In this document: in pieces, positions 53,075 through 64,000 of the stretch
How positions within the stretch are numbered: the stretch's first letter is position 1
How the letters are laid out: each line of letters opens with the position of its first letter
Assembly (NCBI GenBank): GCA_964016885.1
Contig: OZ024740.1
Coordinates: forward strand, 231,570,001 to 231,634,000
DNA length: 64,000 nucleotides
Reading direction: 5' to 3'
From: Eledone cirrhosa
Taxonomy: Eukaryota
The notes under the pieces: model-generated
Told to the model about the DNA's origin: nothing
Seen by the model: the letters and a program-made list of their open reading frames with translations, nothing else
The model's database searches: none
Program-made: the position numbers and the translations under genes

Positions 53075-53209
<135 letters not shown>

Positions 53210-53451
53210 TGTGGGATTGTAACGTCCAGTTACTGTAGGTTCACCAGAGTGAGCACTCGATGCGTAGTTTCCAGTAAGTATAGAGTTGTAGAACATTACC
53301 ATAACAGAAGTCCGACGAGCTTTTGATTCAGAGACAGGCCAGATCGATAAAGATCGATCCTTGAGCTGATCAATTGCGAAACGTGCGTCACTACTCAATA
53401 AACGTAATGAAGACCTAACAAATCGTCCTTTTTATTATTACTCTCTCTCTC

Positions 53452-53512
<61 letters not shown>

Positions 53513-53517
<5 letters not shown>

Positions 53518-53720
53518 AACGAGTAGGACCCCGACGGCTGAGCTCAAGCCGTTTCGACGGCTAATTCTGGACTAAAAATTCTGGACTAAGAATTAGCCGT
53601 CGAAACGGCTTCAGCTCAGCCGTCGGGGTCCTACTCGTTCCTATTACCCACTCTACTACCCTAAGTATTGAGTACTTTGGTGCGTTATGGTCCACCTGGT
53701 TCCTTACCACATTTCCTTCG

Positions 53721-53722
<2 letters not shown>
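53513..53722 (+). mobile_element. Copy of the ~200-bp fold-back family (in the calmodulin-like intron)
   Basis: Nearly identical to 16272-16478 except at the palindrome centre. Confidence 0.85.
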
Positions 53723-53754
<32 letters not shown>

Positions 53755-53756
<2 letters not shown>

Positions 53757-54002
53757 AATTACACGGATACACCGTTCACTGTACAAGAAGATAGGCATTT
53801 TCTTCATAACATGTATATATGTTTCATGAATATGTGAAGGCGCATTGCTTTTAGAAAGTGCTAATCCCAATGTTGTATTGGGAAAACTTGTATCGGGATT
53901 AGCGCTTTCTAGATGCAATACCTTCATATATTAATGAAACTTATGTAAATATTATGAAATATATGCCTATCCTCTTGTACAATGAACGGTGTAACTCTTT
54001 AT
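53755..54002. mobile_element. ~250-bp imperfect hairpin (MITE-like fold-back)
   Basis: caccgttcactgtacaagaagataggcat / atgcctatcctcttgtacaatgaacggtg, and gctaatccc / gggattagc. Confidence 0.65.
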
Positions 54003-54174
54003 CTAATTATAATTACTCCATGGCTTATTGATTGCGGAACCTTCTAAGGATCATCCTAAGAACGCCCTCAAACATTATCCCATATGTTGAGTCAGAAACA
54101 ACTGTATGCTGAAACAGTCCTCGGTCCATGTTACTGAAACTCTTAAACTCGAGTAACACAGACCGATTACTAGT

Positions 54175-54215
54175 AAATACTGATGTTGTTTTCTCTGATA
54201 TTTAATATTTGTATG

Positions 54216-54281
<66 letters not shown>

Positions 54282-54626
54282 CATACAAATATTAAATATC
54301 AGAGAAAACAACATCAGTATTTTGAAAAATTACATTTACTGGCTGACAAAATGTTTCGGAAATCTAAACATCAACTTGTACATCATCAAATTTACTATCG
54401 ATGTTTGTACAGTAAAAAAACTGTTCGATAAGATTCCCTCTTCGGAGCCCCAAAAAAAAAATTAAGACATAACAATTCAAAAGGAAATCATGTCACTGAA
54501 AAAACATCGATAGTAAATTTGATGATGTACAAGTTAATGATTAGATTTCCGAAACATTTTGTCAACCAGTAAATGTAATTTTTCAAAATTCTGATGTTGT
54601 TTTCTCTGATATTCAATATTTGTATT
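54175..54626. repeat. Nested inverted repeats around (TA)n
   Basis: 54175-54220 mirrors 54277-54322; 54282-54405 mirrors 54502-54626. Confidence 0.8.
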
Positions 54627-55264
54627 TCCACTGTGCTTATTCCATGCTTGCTGGACATCTTTTCTCTGGCTTAATCGCTTTGTTCGCTAGTTTTGCAACT
54701 TATATGCATATATATATAAGAAAATGATGGGTTTCTTTTTAAAGAGATGTCCCACACGGGTGAAAGTATAAGGAAAAGTAATTGAAAATGCAACTGGGGT
54801 CTTTTAAGAATATTTATTTACTTATGTTCTTATGATTTTAAAAAGTAAAATTGAGATGGAGGGTTTGTGTTTCTGTTGTGGTTTGTCTCGCATCTCATAT
54901 ATACATATGTATGTATGCGCATGTGCGTATGTTTGTACAAGTGCATCCTACCAATAAAAATACACGCATCAGTTGAGTTTCATTACGCTACTATAATCGG
55001 GCATAAGATTGACGATCTGCATATAGCATTAAATTGAGAGAACCTTTACATATTCACTCGATTTATTAAAAAATAACTTTCCAACATTTCAAGTCAAACC
55101 CTGCATAATATCGTTCTAAATATACCTAAAAACCGGGGTGGTTACAGCTGGAATGTTTGTAGTCATAGGTTTGCTTAATAAAGTCTGACCTAGTATTATA
55201 ACCAACAAGAACATCAACAACGACAATTCTGCTACTATCCAAGACTCAGTACGATCACTCTTAC

Positions 55265-55507
55265 CTTGATAGTTTATTTTACCGTCTCCGTCAAAGTCGG
55301 CCTCTTTGATCATATCCTCCACCTCCTTGTCACTCAGCTTCTCGCCTAAATTCATCATGACGTGACGCAATTCATCAGCATTGATGAAACCGTCTCCATT
55401 CTTGTCGAACACTTTGAAGGCGTCTGTCACTTCCTGCAACTCGTTCGTCTCGGATTGACGTTTTGACATCATAGCCAGGAACTCATTGAACTCTATGGTG
55501 CCGTTAC
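55265..55507 (-). CDS. Calmodulin-like EF-hand protein, internal 243-nt exon (end of EF2 through EF4)
   Basis: cctcag|GTAACGGC...CAAG|gtaag; encodes [16 protein letters not shown]...[52 protein letters not shown]. Boundaries correspond to the conserved calmodulin introns at CDS nt 178 and 421. Upstream exons not found in the window. Confidence 0.93.
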
Positions 55508-55569
55508 CTGAGGATGAAGGAAGGTGGAAGGAGGAGGAAGAAGAGGAGAATGGGTATATGCGTACGTAT

Positions 55570-55652
<83 letters not shown>

Positions 55653-55659
55653 TATATAC

Positions 55660-55740
<81 letters not shown>

Positions 55741-55774
55741 CATATATATATATATATGTATATATACACACACT

Positions 55775-55831
<57 letters not shown>

Positions 55832-55835
55832 ATAT

Positions 55836-55870
<35 letters not shown>

Positions 55871-56194
55871 CATATATGTATATACATATATATATATACA
55901 TATATGTATATACATATAGACATATATGTGTGTGCATAAATATATACGAAGAAATAAATGTGAACGCGATAAGATTTAGCAGTGATAATGGAAGAGGTTT
56001 TAGATAATGGTAAAGTTGATTATAGCGATGAGAATGGTGATTATAATGCTCATGAATAAGAAAAGAGTAAATAAGATGAGGATGACGACGACGACGACGA
56101 TGATAACGATAAAGATAATGATTATGATGAATATGAAGATGATAAAGAAGATGATGATAATGATGATGATGGTGATGATGATAATAATAATAGT

Positions 56195-56385
56195 AATAAT
56201 TGTTTCTACTTTAGGCACAAGGCCAGCAATTACCCAGTGCATTACTGGTACTTTATTTTATCGACCCCGTAAGGATGAAAGGCAAAGTCAACCTCGGCGG
56301 GATTTGAACTCAGATCGTAAAGGGACGTAACTATGCTGAAAGCATGGCGTCCGACCCTCTACCGATACTGCCAATCCACCGCCCT
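56195..56385 (-). mobile_element. Young tRNA-derived SINE
   Basis: Nearly identical to the reverse complement of 15188-15376. Confidence 0.88.
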
Positions 56386-57139
56386 TATAATAATAATAGT
56401 AATAATGATACAGAATTTACCACTACTGCCACCAACATCATTAGCTGGCGTCATTCGATCTCTCTTCAAATCTCCGTTATCTGAACAATATATAAAAATC
56501 CTGCGAGTGTTTAATTAGCTAGGCTGTTTGTAATCCGAACTCGAAAATAATACTGCTGTTATAATTTTTTGTTATTGTTTTGCATATTTTACACTGATTA
56601 AAAGTAAATTTGGATTACTGTACAGTATAAAAATATTATAGGAAAGGTGTGTTACCGACAAAGCACATACAAGTATGGTCTAATCAGTAGCGTAATTTCT
56701 TTCACTCTACAATTTTTTCTCGCGTATGTTTCTCTTTACATTATAATTTGTTCCTGTTATCATGCTTGAAGAAGAATCGAATACCTTTCACAATCGAGCA
56801 AAAAAAAAAAAAAAAAAAAAATAATAATAATAAAAAACAAGAAAACAACAACGAAAAAGTAAAAAAAAAGATTTTATAGTATCTGGATCGTAGTAGAAAA
56901 GACATTCGGATAATCGATTTATAACTGTATTTATAAGTTCTACAGAGTCGCATATGACATACTAAATCTAATATGCAACACTGACATGATTACATTAACA
57001 TGGGGCATGCCTGTTCAGACTGGTGTGGAGTTCAAACAAATTAAAAAATATTTTTATCGAAGATAGGAATAAAACTATGTTCACTAATAGTTATCACAAT
57101 CTTTTGTGATCTAAACTTATGGAAAGAAATTGAGAAGCT

Positions 57140-58070
57140 ATCACTGACGAAATATTGTGTAATGGTATGTAAAATGGAGAGTAAAAATTATAAAAATTGT
57201 ATCAATAATAATCAAAGGAAGAAGTTACATTCAATCACAAAGGAATGTAGGAAGTTTGTGGAAGAATTGGGAATACATTTTGACGATTCTGCATGCAATT
57301 AAAGCTGCAAAGAACATGAAGGTCAACAGAGACTGTGTACTAAATGGGAGTATCAATCACTACATGGGCAGTATGTTCTCCGTAGCAAAGAACTTGATGT
57401 AGATCAAACTATCACCCATCAGTGGCTACGAAGTTCTGGTATAAAAGCAGAGAGTGAGGGCTTCATTTTGGCTGCACAAAACCAGTTTGTTTTTAATGCA
57501 CAACTTTCAAATCAATATGATCAGAAATAGAACTGACCCAAAGTGTCGATTCGGTGATTAACATTTTGAGACCATTGACCACATGGTTTCAGGCTGCAAT
57601 GTATTAGCTGCCAAGGAATATAAAACGGGGCATGATAGAATGGGGCAATATTCATACTGGGTAATATGCAGGTTTTATGGTATCGAAAAACAGAGAAAAT
57701 GGTACAACCATTACCCAGATGCAGTAACAGGAGGCAAGAATGTGACAATCCTATGGGATTTCCCCGTGAACACCGACAGAACAATCAAGGCCAACAGACC
57801 TGATATAGAGAAGAGCGATAAAGAGAAAACATGTTTCTTAATTGACATGAGCATTCCATCAGATCGTAACATCTCGAAAGAGTACAGAAAGCTCAGCAAG
57901 TATAAAGAAAATGTGGTATCTTAAAGCCTGTACAATACCAGTGATAGTCGGCACACTTGGAATGATAAAAAAAAGATCACTGAAAAATATTTGAACCGGA
58001 TACCTGGAAAGCCATCTTTGCAAGAGATAGAGAAAATAGTGCTGACTGACCTTTCAGGCATAGAACAACA
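57140..58070 (+). mobile_element. Decayed 3' part of a third R4/Dong-like family (CCHC + REL endonuclease)
   Basis: LHGQY, ESEGFILAAQ, ETIDHMVSGC, ILWDFPVNTDRTIKANRPDI...LIDMSIP motifs across frameshifts. Confidence 0.85.
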
Positions 58071-58896
58071 TAATCGAATGTGTCCTTCCTTTTTAAGACA
58101 ATAGAGAATGATCATTGGAGTAGATTTGTCTAATATTTCTAGCAGAATGAAGCAGGCACATCAAGGCTATCTTGTACGTTATTGTGAGATGGAGGACAAA
58201 GATGTTTGTTAACCACATTCTTATGGCTGTGAAGAATGTATGTGACTTTGCTTCACTTAATCTGTGAAAACCCAACGCAACAAACTGATTTATGTCACTA
58301 AATAACATTAAGAAAATTGTCACATAATCTAGGTTGTCTCCTCTATGGGTTTGTTGTATCAACACAGTATTCAATACTAACCGAATTTCCATAACACTTC
58401 AGAGATCATCACGTCACATCAGTATTGCAGAAAGTACTTCTAGTATAGTTTCATACTGATAATGAGATACGAAATCGCACCTCCTCAGCTGATCATAAAC
58501 GTACCATGTGACAATACGACTTTACCTCAGCCCCACAATATTGGTTTTAATTTTTATCACCATATACTGAGGAATATTAAAATCAATTCTAATGTGAGTT
58601 AAAAATTCTGATTCTAAATATCCTATTCGGGATGTTGAGACCGCAGACGAGGCCAAGTGATTGAAAAGTGCAGTACTTAGTCAAAAGGTCTAGGTTTTAA
58701 ATTCTGAGCTGGGCATGTTGTGCGAGTCTTCCAAAATAGATTTTGATTTACTAAATGCTTGTTGGTGAAAATGGGCAAATGGAAACGGACATATGGACTG
58801 TAATTTAAAGGGCCAAACTTTTCACACATTATCACACGCTTATTCTGCCTTAGAATTATATTAAAGTTACAAGCGTGTATGGAATACTCAGTCACA

Positions 58897-58991
58897 TATA
58901 ATTGTTTCTACTTTTGGCACAAGGCCAGCAATTACCCAGTGCATTACTGGTACTTTATTTTATCGACCCCTTAAGGATGAAAGGCAAAGTT
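58897..58991 (-). mobile_element. SINE 3' fragment
   Basis: aattgtttctac...ttatcgaccccttaaggatgaaaggcaaagtt. Confidence 0.8.
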
Positions 58992-60471
58992 AGTCACATA
59001 TAATATAATACAATGAGTAAGCGTTTTAGTTGCTTGAACACTTATCATCAAACTCGATGAAAGGTCCATTATTCAAGCTGTTTACAACCTATTGTTTACA
59101 ACCTATATTTTCAGAATGTCGATATATAACCTAGCTTATTAGTTCTCAATCACTAGTTAGTATGATCGCTCACACAACAATTGAATAAAACCTATCATAC
59201 TCACATGCACACAAGCACACGTGCACAGATCCACACACATACACCATAACACACACTTAACGGCACCTAGAAGTACATATACATTCACAAATATACATAA
59301 ATTCTGACATAGATTTCACTTCGTAGCATTAAGCAAATAAATCAACTTTAACTAGCAAAACATTTATTACTGTTGCGACCTTGATGAAAGGGTTGGCTTA
59401 ACATGAAGAACAGTTTTAATTTAATTTGATTAAGTTGCAATGAATATTCTAATATATAAATAAAATTATCTACAGTTGAAAGTTTCAAGATCTTACGCGT
59501 CACGCAAGAACAATGTCCTATTGTATGTCATTCTTGAAGTCGCTTGACTTAAAATTAGCAGCAACTCTTTCCCTAATTCACATGCTATTGTCTTAAAAAG
59601 GGAAAAATATGGAAACATATTGCTCATGTGGCTGATTGTAATGTTATAAGAGAACATTTTATCACAATGATTCCTCATATCAGCAGCATGCATTATAATT
59701 AACGGAGAGGGGCAAATTGGCAGATGTTTATGCTTTCTTCAGAGATTTATAATACTATCGAAGTAATTATGAGCGGGAATTGAAACTAGATCATGCATAC
59801 TCTCACTGAGAACTTCGGTTTACAATATTCCACCAATATTATCATACAAACCAACATTTTAACGAAAGATATCTAAAGCGTCCAGCTTTATACGATATTA
59901 GCTATTTGCACCAATACAAACACGAAGTTTTTTTAAAAAGAGAATTAATAAATTGAACATTCATTCTAACAAAACAACTTTTAATATGGTTGTTGTCACC
60001 CCAAGTGAATTATTATTAGCTGATGTGAATTATCTTTATGCAGACATCAAGTAATTTAATAAGACGTAGCGTACCTTTTAATTATAACCAGAAGAGAAAA
60101 AATTATATACAAAAAGCTATTTTATATTCTAACCAATTGTCATTGTTATTTTATAAAGTGTTGCTATTTTGGTGCCTAACAATTAACAATAGAGTGAAAA
60201 CACTAAGGGTATTACGTCTTCTACGATAGATAAAATTTGTTGGGTTCGCCATTTACAAAAATCCATGTTACTTGAAACCTGATTTATCCGCTATTAAAAT
60301 ATTTCAAACGATACCGTTAGATGAAATATCGCTCACTGACGAGTTAAACAGGAAGCATTTATACGGTCAATTAGTTTCAACGGTAGATCAGCAAAGTCAT
60401 TCTGATATCACATCCTTGCATCTTATATAAGAAAGGATAGTTTGGATGTTATATAGCACAGTCAAGTCAAT

Positions 60472-60542
<71 letters not shown>

Positions 60543-60722
60543 GTGAGAGAGGGGATGAATATATTTAATGAGACAAGATACTGCGTGATCGTTCTCGCCC
60601 GATCTCTGTCAAAAACCTTTCTTTCGTCTCGTGAGGACATGAGATTCAGGGTCTAGGTTGTTGGACACACGACCATAAGGACACACGACCATGTGTCCAT
60701 TTCACGTGGCATTCATATTCAT

Positions 60723-61181
<459 letters not shown>

Positions 61182-61193
61182 ATATATTTATAT

Positions 61194-61376
61194 ATAGGAA
61201 CAAGTAAGACCCCGACGGCTGAGCTCAAGCCGTTTCGACGGCTAATTCTGGACGAAACAGCTTGAGCTCAGCCGTTGGGGTCTTACTTGTTCCTATTACC
61301 CACTCTACTACCCTAAGTATTGAGTAGTTTGGTGCGTTATGATCCACCTGGTTCCTTACCACATTTCCTTCGTTAT
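61194..61376 (+). mobile_element. Copy of the ~200-bp fold-back family
   Basis: ataggaacaagtaagacc...ggtcttacttgttcctat...ttccttcgtta. Confidence 0.85.
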
Positions 61377-61519
61377 ATTTATATATATATATATATATTA
61401 AATAAAACCAAATCAAAACGAAGAGATTCATAGAGGAACATGTATGCCGAAAGAGCTTTGGCAATTAAAATTGAGGCGGTTACTAAACGATCCAAGGAAT
61501 GGATTAGTTACCTGACTTA

Positions 61520-62090
61520 TAATAATTTCTAATTTTTGTTCAAGGCCACCAATTTTGGGGTGATGGAAAAGTCAAATATATCGGCCTCAGTACTTGAACA
61601 AAAATTTATTTTATCGATCAAAGGCAAAGTTGACCTCGACGGGATTTGAATTCAGAGCATAAAGGGCTGTAACTAAATACCACAAAGCATTCTGTTCAAT
61701 GCTCTAATGATTTTTCCGAAACTAATAATGGTTTCTATCTCAAGCAAAATGCTTGTAATTCTGGAGGAGACGAAAATTAAGCGTCTCGAGCCCAGTACTT
61801 GACTGGTATTTTATTTTATCGACCCGGAAAGGATGAAATGCAAATGTGACCTCAACTGGATTTGAAATCAGAACGTAATAGGCCGTAACAAATAACGTAT
61901 AACATTTTGTCAAACACTCAAATGATTTTGCCAATCCATCGCCCTCATAAGGCCAGCAATTTGTCGGGAGGAGAAAATCGATTATACCAATCTCAGTACT
62001 TTACTGGTATTTTATTTTATCGACCCCGAAAGGATGAAAGGCAAAGTTGACTTCTACAGGAACAAATAACGCAAAGTATTTTGATTCTGC
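61520..62090 (-). mobile_element. Three old tandem tRNA-derived SINEs
   Basis: Repeated ttttatcgacc..gaaaggatgaaaggcaaagttgac cores at ~61610, ~61815 and ~62015. Confidence 0.75.
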
Positions 62091-63433
62091 TAATCTCTGG
62101 TTTTGTTAAGCAAATCCACCCTGAACTAATCCGATCAAATCCGATGGATTTGCCTTGGTTTCAATGACGCGTGTTCCAGTTGTTCGATCAACGAAACAGC
62201 CGGCTCATGAAATTAACTTTTTTGTGGCTGAGCATTCCACAGATATGTGTACCCTTAACGTAATTCTCAGAGTTATTCAGCATGACAAAGCTGACCGTTT
62301 CGAATTACAGTTACAGTCCATCTGACGATCTTCCAAATAGTTTCGGTCTAGCTAGTGTATCGGTCCACCCAAGGTTATCCAAATGACACTTGCCCAGGAC
62401 ACTACGACTTATGATTGCGAAGCAAACTCCAAACTCACTCGGCCATGTTGTGTCTTCACCTTGAATTGAGTATGTGACAGGAATAGCATCCAATATATAG
62501 GAGTAGGCTTTCATCAATATATATATTGAACGGAATATCTAAATGGTCCTAAATATATATAACAATTCTTACATGCATGGTGTATTTTCTGAAACAATAC
62601 ATTATATTGTATAAGTATTACCTACAGTTACTTTGATCAAATGAACTAGGACACATGATAGCGAAGCAAATCTTCATCACATACGACTAGTCACCGAATT
62701 TCTACTGTTTAGAAAAAATCTCTTTATATTAGAAAATAATAATATGAAAATACTGCTGACAAATCACAAGATAGCACATGGAATCATGGATCAACTAAGC
62801 ACTCTTGCTATATCAACACATTTTGATCTGCTTAATTTCAAGGACTATGCCTGTAAATAACATTATTTTTTCTTCCACATTGACTTTTTATGCTCTACAT
62901 TATGGCCGTTTTCTTTTTCTTTTTTCTTTTTTCTTTTTTCATTTTTCATTTTTCTTTTTTCTTTTTTCTTTTTTCTTTTTTCTTTTTTTCTTTTTTCTTT
63001 TTTCTTTTTTCTTTTTTCTTTTTTCTTTTTTCTTTTCACTTCATAAACCTTGTTTGTAAATAACATTATTCTTTCTGCACCTTCTCTTTAACATGTGTGA
63101 CACCACACTAATACATTTCACTATCATTTGATAATGCTTAAAAATGCTGAAACCGGTAATAGACAATTATTAAATATATAAATAGACAAATAAATGCCAT
63201 TGTTAAATAATAAATAAATCAGCTAATACCTTAACACTTCACACAGAGTAAAACATTTCGTTTTAATCATTTTCTAATCCAGAAAAAAGAGAGAGAGAGA
63301 AACAAAAAAGAAAAAAAAATATTTTTCTTCCTAATAATCGTCTATATATATATATATTTCTCCCCCTCCCCTTTTAATGTCTTTCCACCACTCCCCTCAC
63401 ACCCTCGGAGCTCTTTTCCTGCCTACTTATCTC

Positions 63434-63463
63434 CTGATGAAGGGCTTATGCCCGAAACAGGTC
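63434..63463 (+). ncRNA. Hammerhead core without a pairing helix I, in a ~200-bp element (63357-63560)
   Basis: CTGATGA-A-GGGC-ttat-GCCC-GAAAC-ag-GTC. Confidence 0.55.
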
Positions 63464-63558
63464 CCCCACCTCCCACTCTCAAGCGTGAAACTAATATTAA
63501 CATTTTGTACTGTCTCTTCGCTTCCTCGTGTTTTTTTTTGTTTTCTGTTTCAACTATA

Positions 63559-63612
<54 letters not shown>

Positions 63613-63784
63613 TTCTGTAAGTCCTGATAAAGTCGCAAGGGCGCCGTATTGATATACGGTGTTTCTCGGGCATTTTAAGACTGGCGGAGCCCATCCCTTC
63701 CCAGACCCGAGTACAGCTGATTTCTTCCAGAGAAAAATAGAAAGTGAAAGAGAGGAAATGAGAAAGGGCTATAGAGGAAGAATT

Positions 63785-63948
63785 CACCCAGTACTAGACT
63801 GGTACGTTTTTTTTTTTTTTGTAGACCTCGAAAGGATGAATGGCAAAGTTGACCTCAGCGGGATTTGAACTCAGAGAGAAGAGAGCCACAACGAATACTG
63901 CAAGGCATTCGATCCGACGTTCTAACGACTCTGCCAATTCGCCGCCTT
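63785..63948 (-). mobile_element. Old tRNA-derived SINE
   Basis: gaaaggatgaatggcaaagttgacctcagcgggatttgaactcag...ctgccaattcgccgcc. Confidence 0.8.
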
Positions 63949-64000
63949 ATAACCCATTATAACAGCGTATTAATTTTTGACTTGAGAATAACAACTGTTA

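Noticed and set aside
55116-55787. 223-aa ORF as a single-exon gene
   Set aside because: The N-terminal part is translated (TA)n; only 55265-55507 is bounded by splice sites.
60590-60645. Minus-strand KVFDRD as an upstream calmodulin exon
   Set aside because: The following residues do not form an EF-hand loop and no fitting splice sites were seen.

Overview
AT-rich, microsatellite-dense animal genomic DNA; the SINE/LINE repertoire suggests a mollusc, probably a cephalopod (inference). Conventional content: decayed non-LTR retrotransposons (two RTE-clade, one CR1/L2-like, several R4/Dong-like with restriction-like endonuclease), a mariner relic, many tRNA-derived SINEs, a 25-bp minisatellite, and the last two coding exons of a calmodulin-like gene on the minus strand (55507-55265, 52875-52847). 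Main discovery: the apparent satellite arrays are non-coding repeats that carry a type I hammerhead ribozyme in each complete unit, i.e. a retrozyme / Penelope-partner-like system. These are an 11.2-kb array of near-identical 310-bp units (36 hammerheads), a related 316-bp array whose hammerhead has a compensatory U3-A8 core, a ~440-bp array, a ~512-bp dimer with a very long helix III, and several solo hammerhead elements. They sit in (TA)n tracts and mostly share one architecture: two oppositely oriented arms joined 5'-to-5', with both 3' ends running into (TA)n. No autonomous Penelope RT/GIY-YIG ORF was recognised in the window. All folds were done by eye and ribozyme activity is untested.
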